A stretch of 63,934 bases of DNA, filler included, from Octopus bimaculoides (GCF_001194135.2; 5 parts of 4 records of this genome joined end to end with filler, not necessarily neighbours in it), one strand, 5' to 3'. Positions 48,130 through 61,044 are shown, numbered from the whole stretch's first letter. Numbers and translations are program-made. Notes: generated by a model from the sequence alone, not told the origin.

Positions 48130-48674
48130 CTGGAACTCTTGTGAAGTTATGTTTTTAACGTTTCCGTCGTTAAAAGACATCACTCATCATATCAACAAGT
48201 TTATCAATTAATTGTCCAGTGACGGTCCTCCAAGATCAGTTCATGAATTTTCATGATATTTTCATTCGTTCGTGAGGCCGATGGTTGTCCTGAACGAGGT
48301 TGGTCTTCAAGCGACAAGTGGCCATTCTTAAACCACTCGTAACCACTCGTAAACTTGTACTTTGCTTATGACAGCGTCCTTGTAATCTGTTTGAGGTATG
48401 ACAACTGTTTCGGTTGCCGTTTTCCCCAGCAGAAAGCAGAATTTCACGAGAGCACGCTGTTCCTTCAATTCAGCCATCGAAAAAAATCGACGATCAGGGG
48501 AGAAGCACTACAAAACAAAGACGCACCACGTGGCATTACGTCCTCAATTGACGACACCAGTTGGCAGAAAGTTGCCTAAAGGTCACATCAAGTGGCTTCC
48601 TTCGGCGGAAACCTGAACTACAACGGGCTTGTCCCAAAGTGAACGTTTCCGGTTACTTTTGGGTAACTCCTCTA
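48130..48674 (-). mobile_element. 5' part of a mariner element (TIR plus N-terminal transposase)
   Basis: rc reads TAGAGGAGTTACCCAAAAGTAACCGGAA (TIR), then EQRALVKFCFLLGK / ETVVILQTDYKDAV / EWFKNGHLSLEDQPRSGQPS. Confidence 0.85.
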
Positions 48675-48954
48675 TAGTTTATACATATAATCAACAAAAC
48701 CAAATTATTCGTAATACGTCTGCGTGTTGCAAATGATCTGCTTAAAAGTATTAAGTGATTAAAACATTTCTAGCAGAGAAATGAAGCCATTTCATGATGA
48801 ATTCAATCAGAATTCCTCACCAAGTTACGACACAGTTTTTGTGGAATGAGCAATAGTTTTTTTTCTTAAGCTCTTTTTACTTTTTTAAGGATTATACATC
48901 GTACATTAATTCGAAATCAACTACCCAATTTATAGAAACTGAAATATGTATTGG

Positions 48955-49160
48955 TTACAAATTTTTTGCACAAGACCAGCAAGTTCAAGGGAGGCGATGC
49001 AAGTCGATTACATCGACCCCAGTGCTCAATTAGTACTTATTTTATCGACCCCGAAAAGATGAAAGGCAAAGTTGACCTCAGCACTATTTGAGTTCAGAGT
49101 GTAAAGTCGGAAGAGATGCCCCTAAGCATTTTTCTCCGGTTTTACCAGTTCACCGCCTTC
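48955..49160 (-). mobile_element. SINE family C
   Basis: Reverse complement of the core and tail. Confidence 0.85.
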
Positions 49161-50394
49161 CCTGTTAATCAACCTGAGATTTAAACGTAAAATACTGTTT
49201 ATAAGGCGGTACTTTTACTTACGATCTACAATATTTTCACTTAGATAATCACGTAATTATTTCGTAACGATAAACCTGAAAATTCACTAGTTGATTTACA
49301 GGCATACTACATAAAATAAACTTCGATTTAGAACCTATTGCATATCGGTTTACATTTTAATTTTTAACTTTTCCATCATTGAAACATTCTGGGGACTTTA
49401 CTGCGGACAGCCATTGCCGGTATTAAGGAAGTTCATTAAGGGATTAACGCATGCGCCGCAGTAATTTAGTATCGTTTGCTAGTTCATTCTGACGTTATTT
49501 TACAAATATGACTTTAATTTCAGAATTTGTTTCAACAAAATTAATTCTGACTACTTATCTACACATTATTATTGAATGAATAACTGTATCCGTATATTTG
49601 ATGAATGTGTGGGTAAGTATAAACCTTTCCTTTCCGTTTGTAAACTATCAGAATACAGAATCTTATTACAAATTAAGTTTTGATTATATTTCAATGAATA
49701 AATATAAATCATTTTGCATTCATTCGATAAAATCTGAGACCAATTTTTACAACAATTTTAGCTATTTGAATCACTTTTAATTAATTCATGCTGAGTTATA
49801 GCTTAATAAACAGCATGTTCAATCAGTCTATCAAACTTACGAAATAATATATTTCAGAACAGTCTTTTTGACAGGATCTGTGCAAAATACGTATTTAATT
49901 ATTTTTCATTGAAAATATTTGATATAAATAAATATTTCTGACAAGCTATGCTATCGATATTATTAACAACAACACTAAGCATAACAAAAACCCATATCGA
50001 CTAATATTCTTTGTACTTTTCCAAAGAATAAGTCGTCTCTGTAGATATTAATTTGTAAAACCAGGTTATTTCTGTAATTGTTAGTTAAATATATTTCTTC
50101 TTGTTGATGTTGCAGTAGTCGATATTGTTTAGCACCACACCAGCTCTGAAAATCAGAGTACGACTCGAAAAGACAAACTGCACACGGATTTTAGCTGTGG
50201 GCAATCTATCTTTGGCAGGGAGAGGGGTGCTGCATAAAACAGCTTTGTGTTCTTCCTTCTTTTAAAATGATGGTGAGGAGAAGGTCATCCGAGGAAGATT
50301 TAACTCTTATTTCTAGCAACTCTAGTGAGCCAGTAGAATTTCCCTAGTTGCCTCGACAAGTTTATTGGTATTCTGTAATGATATTACACCAAAT

Positions 50395-50550
50395 TAAGGC
50401 GGTGGACTGGCAAAATCGTTTGCACGCCGGACAAAATGCTTAGCGGCATTTCATCCGTCTGCACGTTCTGAATTCAAATTCTGCCGAGGCCCACTTTTGC
50501 CTTTCGTCCTTTCGGGGTCGATAAAATAAGCACCAGTTGAGTACTGGGGT
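50395..50550 (+). mobile_element. SINE family C ending in an (ATT)n tract
   Basis: AAGGCGGTGGACTGGCAAAATCGTT...TTCAAATTCTGCCGAGG. Confidence 0.85.
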
Positions 50551-50649
50551 TGTTATTATTTTTTATTACGTTTTATTATTTTATTTTATTTTTATTTTTC
50601 ATTATTATTGTTATTATCATCCTTATTATTATTATTATTATTATTATCT

Positions 50650-51680
50650 TCAAGGTTCCACACTTGTAGGTCTAACACATATTTGAAGGCCCTCTGCCCA
50701 CAGCAGCAACAAAATGGGACGGGAGGAATGACTGCTCTGCTACCACCACCACAAGAAAACCAAAAGCTGCAACCACAATTACTGCAGCAACATCTTCAAC
50801 AACAGAATGCCACCACAGCAATAACAACGACAACTGTAGGTGTGAAAACAAGCAAGGTACAATCCTCCCTACAGACTGACGACACAGATACGCCATGTAC
50901 TCTTGACACTGACAATTCAGAAGCCTTATCATGCGACGAGGAGGTATTGAATCCTCAAGAAGGACTTGTGTTGGGGAAGAGCGGAAAAATAGTTTAAAAA
51001 AGGCTGTCCTAAGCTGAAAGTGAAAAGACAGGACGAAGAAAGTTCACATAATCCATCGGCTACACTAACAATAACACCGACACACTCACCAAAATCCCAA
51101 CAACAAAAGCAAAGCACACTCATTCAACCACAATCACAACTACAAAAAGTACCAAAACAAACAAATACTCGAGGAAAAGCTACAATAATCACAAGAGCAA
51201 CTTGTAGAACTGAGTAAAAAACCCGAATGCCTCATCAACTTCACAGCCATTCGCAAGGGCGAAAGTGAGCTGATGCGGGAAGTAATGAAGAGCACAAGCA
51301 TTCATACAAAAGGCTGGGTTTCGACGAACTTCTTTCGAAAACTCCACATGACAGACAATTGATAAAAACAGGCATAAATACATACTTGGAACTTAAAAAG
51401 TATATCCACCAGACATTGGGCCCTTTAGACTAAAGCCGTACAAAAAGACGTTGAGAAGGACCTTCATTAGTTATGATTCTACAAACGAGACCACTGAATC
51501 AGCCGACCTTCTCAAACTCCAAGGTAAGTGACTTTCTCCCATTTTGTTTCTCCGATAAATATGATTATTTTGAGAGTGGGGTGTGTGAATGCACGTGGTT
51601 TAGAGTCAGCTTGGAAGCAAGGTCGCTTGCTAATCGACCTCAGATCATTCGATTTATGGACATCGGGAGTTGTGTTGTAC
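50650..51680 (+). mobile_element. Tx1/L1-like LINE fragment: ORF1 C-terminal half plus the start of the ORF2 AP-endonuclease
   Basis: Degenerate CX2CX4HX4C knuckle F-HT-C-RSNT-Y-LKAL-C (50656-50697; each lost ligand is one base from TGC or CAT), a Q/T-rich linker, then MIILRVGCVNARGL from ATG 51561 (EN motif I, NxRG). Confidence 0.75.
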
Positions 51681-51958
51681 TTGCGTAATGAGCGACAGCT
51701 AGTTAAGAAACAAATGTAGCTTACATTTTCCTTGTTCCACACCGTCAATTTGGTATACATACATGTGTGCATGCATGTATACATGTATATATATCGTTAT
51801 TTTGCTAAAATAACGATACGATACTATGTAAATTGTATATGAATATAAATACACCTTGCTTCTGTAATTACTTTAACAGCCTGTCCCCCTTCATATTTGA
51901 ATGGAATGAGTCGTTTCGCTAATATCTCTTTCTCTCTCACTCATTCTTTTAAACTACC

Positions 51959-52064
<106 letters not shown>

Positions 52065-53436
52065 TGTTTTTCATATATATCTTTCTCTGTATCTCTCTCT
52101 CTGTGCTTCAGTGTCTAGCTACTCACACTCACTTCTATCAACATTCAATCCTTATATTCCTGTTTATTTGTACCTTGTTTTCCCTCTCTTTACCTCTTTT
52201 CTTTCCTTACCGTTCTTCTTCTTTTCTCTAAGACCTACTTTTGTCCTTTTCTGTCCCTTCATTTTTGTTTCTGTCTGTTTGTTTGCCTGTATCTCTCATT
52301 ATCAACCCGCATTCTCCGTTTCGTTTGTCTGTATTACTGTTAAGTCGCGTAGATGTATCAAAGGAGATTGACAGAACCATTCTGATTTGATACAGTTATC
52401 CTTGAGAGATACCGCTGTATCACTGTTACAAACAAGAACCCACTGTGGGTAGAAAACAGACAGCAGACTATATCTTATGAGGGTAGTACATTTTATTTTT
52501 TATTTTAGCCAATCAGGACCAACATTGGCGGAGAAACGCTTACATTTATTTAATGCATGCATTTTGGCAATCGGTATCGTCTGCTAGTTATTCCAATATG
52601 AACCAACTCTACGAGGAAATTCGACCTGCTTAGACATAATGTAAAATGTTTCTCATGTCACATCCTACCGTCTTAAAAAGAAATCATTTGTTTACTGCCT
52701 AAGGTTGTCACATCTGGATCGTGCTTTGCTGGAGCTAAAACAAAATAAACAACTAACAATTGAGAACATTTAACAAAATATTTTCTGCTGTAAGAATACG
52801 TATCTTGCCTCTAATTAAAGAATTTTTGCGTCTTAGATTAGTTAAGTTTGCATGGGATTGTGTCTTTCTTCCTCAAATCAACCAGACTAAAATATTGGGG
52901 CTCTTCTTGAATTTACATATCCATCTTGCTGTTAATGTGTTGTTTAGAAGCAGGTCAACCTAATCAATCATACTTATTGTAATTAAAGACGTTTAAGCGT
53001 AGCTATCCTCTTTTTAAATCAATCGATCCATTTCTTTCAATATTTTCTTTCATTTTTTTAAGGCTGTGATTTCAGGGAGATTTAGTTGTTATTTCTAGTG
53101 GACTGAGTGACCACGTAGAGGCTTTCTGCATATCCTTTTACGTATTGCCAGAACTTTATAGAACTATTCGCCTTTATTGGGTGCATCTCAGACCAATTAG
53201 TATGTTTGAACCTTTACATCTTCAAGCCATCTCCATGCAAAGATTTGAATCACGCATCACAAACTGGAGAATTTCTCGTTAGTTACACCAGTGCTTTGTC
53301 TACTTACATTGCTTAACAGTGCCTTTTCATGTGCTTATAATGACTTAACGAAGTTGAGGGTCATGGATACACTACAATGCATTATCTGAGAGTAATACTA
53401 AATATAATGCAATGGTGGGCATATTTTTTATTAATA

Positions 53437-54646
53437 TAGGTGGGCCGTTCAAAATGTATATGTTGGTGGAATAAACTTTCCACTATACAATCTTACTATT
53501 CAGCATAGCCTTTTTACAAGCCATGTATGAGTCCCTTCTTTGAACCCAACACTCGAATCCTTTTTAGAAAAAATTCAGGTACACGCTGTTGTATCCACTT
53601 CTTTACAATTATTTTCACCTCAACTTTGTCATCCAGTCATACACCCTGAAGACAGTTCTTCACTGAACCTATGTGGAAATCGGACGGGCCAGATATGAGC
53701 TGTACAGGGAATGGTGATTCACTGGCCAATCCAATTTCTCGATTTCCTGATTTGTTGCTATAGATGTGTCTTATCGCACATTGTCATGATGAACGTAAAC
53801 CATTTTCCGGTTCTTCATTCTCTTTCTCCGTGTAACTTCTCTAAGCTTTTTGAGTATTTCAATGTACAGCTCACTGTTCGCCGTACAGCCACGATTAAGA
53901 AAATCAAGGAGAATGACGTCGGTGTCATCCCTCAAAACAGTCACTATAACTTTCTGCGCCGGCGCTGGCTCTTGAATTTCTTAGGCCTTGGAGAAGTGGT
54001 GTAATAGTATTCCATGGACTAGACCTTCATTTCCGGATAATAAAGATACGTCAGAGGATCGGGGCAAAGTAATGTCTTTATTGGCTTCGGAAACTTTACA
54101 CAGATCAGAACAGACTTTCATCCTTCTTTCTTTCAAACCGTGTGGCAAAGATCGAAGTACTTATTTTTCACACACTTTCTGATACCCAAAGTATTCTACC
54201 ATCTTCTGCAATGCAATGAAACCACAGACAACTTGCGCAGAAAGCTCAGATTGTGACTCGTCTGTTCGTATGAATTAAATTGTCCTCTTGCTGGCGATTT
54301 ATGTTAATAATTATAGCCGATGGACTCCTACTGCATGGTCTGTCTTTATTGCTGTTTCCCTCTTCATTAAACTTCTTCCATCGGCACATATTGCTCTTGT
54401 CAAAAGAGTTAGTTCTGTAAACTAGCTGTCGCCTTCTGTGGACATCGAACAGTCTGCACTCTTTCATCAAGAACTTAATAATGGCACAATGCTTCTGCTT
54501 GTTAACCTTTATCTGCTTGCAATGAAGGAGAGAAAAAACAGCGAGAAGAAGAGTTACTATACCAGCTTGTGCAATTTCACCGACCTGTGTCGGTTACAGA
54601 AAAAAGTTATGCACACTTACGCATTACTTTCGATACAACCCGCGTA
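53437..54646 (-). mobile_element. Degenerate near-full-length mariner
   Basis: rc TIR TACGCGGGTTGTATCGAAAGTAATGC at 54646; CRWKKFNEEG..KDRPCS (HTH), KVIVTV, VILLDFLNRG, YVHHDNVR, and a decayed YSPDLAPSDF motif. Left boundary approximate. Confidence 0.82.
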
Positions 54647-55009
54647 TTATTTTGGAGTGTCCCATTGAACAAACTGTAGATTTCCACGCAACAGCAACTG
54701 TCGACTGGGGATCACGAATACTTAGGAAACTTCCGACTGATTTACGATCTCCAAGAGTGCCGAGTAAATGCCATCCGAGTCGACGCCATCCACTTTGGAC
54801 TACAAGATCGGCTGACTGAAACACATGAGGTTCATAAAAATGATACTATCTAAATTAGTAAACATCTTCAGTATTAAATAGCGAAGTAGGAGCGTGCTAC
54901 TATGTGGGTCAAAGGAACCTGCATATACCCTGTTAGCGTCAGTGCTACTCAGCACCGATGGACGGAGCGCTACAGCTGGACGGAACTGAAATCGTTGTGA
55001 CCTTGGATA

Positions 55010-55350
55010 AAAGGTAAAGACCCCCTTCGGTGATGAATGACCATGGGATTGCATCTTGGAAGTTCCCCTCCGAGGCTTAAGTCTAGGTAAGGTTGTTTAT
55101 GGAAGACTAGCAGACACCCGTACATACCACCTTCCTTCTCCACGCCACCGATGTAATCCACGGGAAATGAAAAGGCCAATACAGCTTGGTACCAGTCACG
55201 TAGCAACTCATTTCTACAGCTGAGTGAACTGGAGCAACGTGAAATAAAGTGTCTTGCTCAAGAACACAACACACAGCCCGGTCCAGAAATCGAACTCATT
55301 ACCTCGTGATTGTGAGCCCCACGCCCTAACCACTGAGCTATGCACCTTCA
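55010..55350 (-). mobile_element. tRNA-derived SINE, family D
   Basis: rc head GTGAAGGTGCATAGCTCAGTGGTTAGGGCG (A box) and GAGTTCGATTTC (B box), then GTGTTCTTGAGCAAGACACTTTATTTCACG. Confidence 0.85.
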
Positions 55351-55747
55351 CAATCATTTTTTTTTTTGTCGACAACAGCTTAAGGGAGTGTCCGACCGCA
55401 GAGGCTTAATGTTTGCTCTGTAGAAACAGTATCAAATTTCTAAAAAGACCTATACTAACGTCATTATCATAACATGTTTAGTGGTCCAGTTGTTGATATT
55501 GCCGTTTCTTGAGCCGGCTCAATCTTGATAGGACTACGAGTCGGTCTTGCGGCGTATCTAAACAACCGTTACTTAGAGTAATATTTTCTAAAGTGGTAGG
55601 ATATAATTTGAGAGATATTTAGCTGCTACTTTTAGCATGTCAATTTTTAGTACGTAGAAGCTTTCTGATGAATCGTGATGCCGTTCTTATAGCTGAACTT
55701 TCATTTAACAAAATTAAGATCAACAACGTTTCAGCTGTGATCAAACC

Positions 55748-55852
55748 GCTTCTTCTTCTTCTTCTTCTTCTTCTTCTTCTTCTTCTTCTTCTTCTTCGTC
55801 TTCTTCTTCTTCTTCTTCTTCTTCTTCTTCTTCTTCTTCTTCTTCTTCTTCC
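55748..55852. repeat. (CTT)n microsatellite
   Basis: Read directly. Confidence 0.97.
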
Positions 55853-56116
55853 TCTAGGATATCATGTCTTCCAACTTACATTATCCAATATCATCTGTCT
55901 TTAAAAAAAGAACCGGCACTTTTGAGCGAAATTTTTCTGCTATTTCTAGCAGGTCGAGCAAGAATGTATTGGCATTCCCGCTGTGTCATGAGGCAGCTAC
56001 GTTTGTTGCCATTGTTATTATTGTAGTTGTTTCGCCACAAAACAGACATAAGCGAACGAACAACCAATCAAAATCCTCTCAGCGGAACTATCCCACTTTA
56101 TTGAAGGTATATAGAC

Positions 56117-56849
56117 CAGGAGTTCTCAGCCATTTTTTTTTTTATCTATGGACCCCTTTGAAATACAATTTTATTCTGGTGGACCATTCGATGTTTAAAA
56201 ACTAATTTCATAGAGACTTCTTCCAAAATTCCTATTTTGTTATTCACACATTCGCTTGTAGTGGAGGCGCAATGGCCCAGTGGTTAGGGCAGCGGACTGG
56301 CGGTCATAGGATCGCGGTTTCGATTCCCAGACCGAGCGTTGTGAGTGTTCATTGAGCGAAAACACCTAAAAGCTCCACGAGGCTCCGGCAGCGGATGGTG
56401 GCGAATCCTGCTGTACTTTTTCACCGCAACTTTCTCTCACTCTTTCTTCCAGTTTCTGTTGAACATGTATTTCAAAGGGTCAGCCTTGTCACACTCTGTG
56501 TCACGCTGAATATCCCCGAGAACTACGTTAAGGGGTACACGTGTCTGTGGAGTGCTCAGCTACTTGCACGTTAATTTCACGAGCAGGCTGTTCCGTTGAT
56601 CGGATCAACTGGAACCCTCGTCGTCGTAACCGACGGAGTGCCAACCAGCCAATCACATTCGCTTGTGTAGGTTGAACTGTGTAAAACATTAGAGAAAGAA
56701 ACTGAGCTATTTCTAGCAATAAAGCAAAAATTTTTCATGGACACTTAAAATACTACTGTGAGTCCCCAATTTATTATTTTGTTGCATGGCCCTCCAAAAA
56801 TTTTATATGGACCCTCAGGGGTCATATGAGACCCGGTTTAGAATCTCTG
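56117..56849. mobile_element. hAT (Charlie-like) non-autonomous element containing a nested SINE
   Basis: Imperfect TIRs CAGGAGTTCTCAGCC / GGTTTAGAATCTCTG; 8-bp flanks ATATAGAC and ATCTAGAA (6/8 identical, close to the NTCTAGAN target consensus). Confidence 0.6.
56260..56653 (+). mobile_element. SINE family A, full length, with a 13-bp TSD
   Basis: TSD CACATTCGCTTGT at 56247-56259 and 56654-56666; A and B boxes intact. Confidence 0.93.
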
Positions 56850-57462
56850 ATCTAGAAAATATTAATCGACTTGTTCTAGGTATGATTTGAAGAAGGATTT
56901 GGCTGCTGTTTCTAGCAGATTGAGTGACTATATAGATGCTCGTCGTTACTAGTTGTTGTTTTAGGTATCAGATTGTTTTTGTTTGTTTGTTTTGGTGGGG
57001 AGGGCTTTAGCTCTGTTCTCTCTTTTTGTTTCTTTATTTTACACATGGAATAAATCAGTCTTCCTTCATCCGGGTAATCATTTCTTCTCAAATTTAGACG
57101 TAAATACGAAGCAGATGTCGTTTATATCCCCATTACCACCACAACCATTACCACTACCACCACCACCACTACCAATACCATAACCCTTACTATCCGCTGA
57201 CTGACCAATCCACAAGTTTCTATGTGATCACTCGACCAGCTAGAAATAGCAGAAGAGTTTCCTTTTAATAACACCGCTGGCTTTCCGAACAAGGACCATT
57301 GACAACAGATAATGTAATTGCTTGTGCGGTAAGAAGTACTAAACGTACTAAACCATATGGGTTTGGGTTCAGTTCCATTGCATGGTACCTTGCGCGAGTG
57401 TCTTTTTCTCTAGCCTTGCATCAATCAAAGCTTTGTGAGCGAATTTTGTCGATGGGAAATGA

Positions 57463-57505
<43 letters not shown>

Positions 57506-57715
57506 GAAGCAAAAAAAAAAGAGTGCCATTGTCATCAAATGAACGATATTTCGACATCCCATGTGTCTTCCACAGGTTCAAAAAATCCTATAAATATTAA
57601 CCAAAATGAAGTAGATTGATACGTTTATTTTTTGAACCTCTGGAAGACACCCGAGATGTCGAAATATCGTTCACTTGATGACAATGGCACTCTTCCTTTT
57701 TTTTTGCTTCTATTA

Positions 57716-57759
<44 letters not shown>
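57463..57759. mobile_element. Fold-back element whose arms include (AAT)n/(ATT)n
   Basis: 57504-57586 pairs with 57627-57712 across a 40-bp spacer; the flanking (AAT)n and (ATT)n extend the symmetry. Confidence 0.88.
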
Positions 57760-57945
57760 GCCTTTGCACAGCTTCTAACGCTGGAGATGTACTACAGTGT
57801 CAGCTGTTCGCTACCAGTGAACTAAGGTAACACCTCTTATTTGTTCGAGCACCTTCCGGAGTATTCGAGCGGTTCCATGCAGTGCTGTTTTCTGCGAGTA
57901 TTCCACCCTTATTGCAGCCCCTATTTGTTCCACGTATTATTAGTG
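57760..57945 (-). mobile_element. Extreme 3' end of a Dong/R4-like element in a TAA repeat
   Basis: rc translates YVEQIGAAIRVEYSQKTALHGTARILRKVLE, then a short 3' UTR, then directly (AAT)n. Confidence 0.75.
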
Positions 57946-58047
57946 AAAGCAGTATACATCTATACCGAAATAATAAAAAATTTACAGTTACACCACCCAG
58001 GCAAAAGGTTTAGATTCATATATGTGATTATTGGAGCACTTATTATT
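57946..58047 (+). mobile_element. Opposite-strand fragment of a Dong/R4-like endonuclease region
   Basis: YTEIIKNLQLHHPGKRFRFIYVIIGAL aligns to YAEILRNLQLLYPDYKFRFIPVILWAL of the 25110-26150 element; followed by (ATT)n. Confidence 0.65.
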
Positions 58048-58060
58048 ATTATCATTATTA

Positions 58061-58091
<31 letters not shown>

Positions 58092-58587
58092 AAATACATG
58101 TTCTCATTTCTACACGTGTATATATCCACTAAATGAATGTTTCACATATTTTCATTGTGTCATTAATACGTTGCAAAGCGGATTGTTGGCAGAGTCTTTA
58201 GCGCGTCGAACAAAGTGCTAAACGGCATTTTTTCCGACTCGTTACGTTCTCGGTTCAAATTCCACCGAAGTTAACCTTATCCATTTAATAGGTACCTCTT
58301 GAACACTGAGGTAGTAATTAACTTACCCCTTTCGCTAAATTTGCAAACTATGAACCCATATTTAAAACCATTTATGACTTGTAGCCGTAATTTTCTAATT
58401 AGCCTTAATTAAGCGTGTGCTTCCTGCTTTTCTGAAACCCAGCTTTTGAAAATCGGTGCCGTGGCAGTTGGTAACATAATCAAGTACTCCAATAATCACA
58501 TATATGAATCTAGACCTTTTGCCTCTGTGCTGTAACTATGCGTTTTTCATTATTTTGGTATAGATGTATACTGTATTCACTAATCTT

Positions 58588-59176
58588 CAGGATTGTGGCT
58601 GTGTGGTAAGTAGCTTGCTTACCAAACCACATGGCTCCGGGTTCAGTCCCACTGCGTGGCACCTTGGGCAAATGTCTTCTACTATAGACTCGGGCCGACC
58701 AAAGCCTTGTCAGTGGATTTGGTATACGGAAACTGAAAGAAGCCCGTCGTACATATGTGTATATATATATATATNNNNNNNNNNNNNNNNNNNNNNNNNN
58801 NNNNNNNNNNNNNNNNNNNNNNNNNNNNNNNNNNNNNNNNNNNNNNNNNNNNNNNNNNNNNNNNNNNNNNNNNNNNNNNNNNNNNNNNNNNNNNNNNNNN
58901 NNNNNNNNNNNNNNNNNNNNNNNNNNNNNNNNNTATATATGTATGTATATGTATGTATGTGTGTATATGTTTGTGTCTGTGTTTGTCCCCCAATATCGCT
59001 TGACAACCGAGACTGATATGTTAACGTCCCCGTAACTTAGTGGTTCGGCAAAAGAGACCGATAGAATAAGTACTAGGCTTACAAAGAATAAGTCCTGGGG
59101 TCGGTTTTCTCGACTAAAGACGGTGCTCCAGCATGGCCACAGTCAAATGACTGAAACAAGTAAAAGAGTAAAAGAG
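58588..59176 (+). mobile_element. SINE family B, full length, with a gap in its central microsatellite
   Basis: Head GTGGCTGTGTGGTAAG, GGTTCAGTCCC, tail ...GACTGAAACAAGTAAAAGAGTAAAAGAG; N gap at 58775-58933. Confidence 0.92.
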
Positions 59177-59612
59177 TATCTTCTAAACAACTGATTTCCG
59201 CAACTGTGCACAACATCTTTCCTTGGCTGCTATTTAAGCAGGTTGACCAACCACGCTATTGTCGCCATTGGATGAGTCGGTGCAAGTCAGAATCTTTAGA
59301 CCAGCGCCAAACAACTTTGCATTGCGGCGCTGTTTTTAGTTATGCTCTTGTACAGTTGTCTGTTTGTATGTATATAACTATCTGTGTATGTATACAAACA
59401 TGTACGCATAGGCATATGTCTCGATATATATTATTATATCCGGTTTTGATTATATACACGCAAGTTTATTCCACCAATATTTAATTCACTGTAATGATGC
59501 ATTGGAATATAATGATGTGTTAATAACTGAATACGCTTTGCCTCATGTATGTGTGCACATACACATTGGCTTGTGTATATATGTATCTGTATATATATAT
59601 ATATATATATAT

Positions 59613-59712
59613 NNNNNNNNNNNNNNNNNNNNNNNNNNNNNNNNNNNNNNNNNNNNTTAATTAATTAANNNNNNNNNNNNNNNNNNNNNNNNNNNNNNNN
59701 NNNNNNNNNNNN
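59613..59712. other. Artificial scaffold linker N44-TTAATTAATTAA-N44
   Basis: 12-mer at 59657-59668. Confidence 0.95.
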
Positions 59713-59765
<53 letters not shown>

Positions 59766-61044
59766 CATACATATATATACATCATACAAATACATACATA
59801 TACGGGAATATATATATATACACACTTATCTATATATATATATATATGTACATTTATTCGTTAAATTCGTACATATATATCTATAAATGCACACACAGAT
59901 GCCCATATATATGGGCGCGCGCGCGTGTGTATTCAATATATATACCTATATATTTACACATGTACCACATTTATATCTGTTATATATACATATACACCTC
60001 ATATTTACATACATGCAAACACAGACACACTCATATACGTTCACACTGACACACACACACAAACATATGGCGTTTTCACTGCCTCTCTTCTATGAGTGTC
60101 AGGTTGTTTGATGGTTTTAATAGGTGTTTATAGTTTCGTAACTGTCCGACATAAACCAACTCCTACCAGTGTCAAGGTCTTAGGAGAAAACTTACAAGTA
60201 CGTTTGGTCTAAACCTTAGGTTTTTAACTATAACCCATGCCCCTATATATCACCCATTTAGGTAAGGCCACAAGGAACCTTTATGGTTTGTTAACTTTCT
60301 ATATTGAATCGCCTGCTTCCATTAAAAGGTATAAACGAAACCTAAATTTGAGCAGAATTTTCAGTACTAAACTCAGATTCATATTTGCGGTTTATTTTCC
60401 TTCCTAACAATAATAGATACATTATAATTGTGATTCCCTTCTCATATTGTTTGGTAATTGAAATATTTTTGCGTGTTTAAAAATATTGTATTTTATAGCT
60501 TCAATTATTCAGAGGAGTTTGTTAAAAGATATTGATATTTCTAATACGGTTTAAACTTACTTGAATTACGCATTGAAAAACATTCATCTGAACAGGGTCT
60601 GAAGTATGGACTAACAATTAATATAATGATTTTACTTTTCTGAGATCTAAATCATTGAATGTCAAAGTGTTCATTAGAACTCAAGATATCTTGTTTTAGG
60701 TAGATTCTTATTGCGCTCAAGTTTCTGACTTCTAAGGATTAATGTTTTTAGTGGAGTGTCTGCCTATAAACGGCTTCTGTTTTCAGATATTAAATATAGT
60801 CATATCAACTGTATAACTTGGATATAGATTGCTTTCACATTGCGGTTAATTAATTTAAGACACAATTATTCCCCAATTAGTTAGCCTACTTATGTGTCTA
60901 TAGATCTTTCTTTCACTCTCTCACATTTTGTATCACACGTTTGTTTCTCTCGCTTTCTTCAGATCTCATCTCCATTGTTTCTAATCTGAAAATGTAAAAG
61001 TCTACTTCGACAGCAGCGCCGCCAACCTCATTCCTATCACCATC

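Noticed and set aside
49398-49464. Possible pre-miRNA (TTACTGCGG...CCGCAGTAA)
   Set aside because: Only a 9-bp terminal stem; the interior does not pair well enough.
50608-50997. Host gene with polyQ/polyT (129-aa ORF)
   Set aside because: It starts inside an (ATT)n tract and is better explained as decayed LINE ORF1 followed by an endonuclease start.
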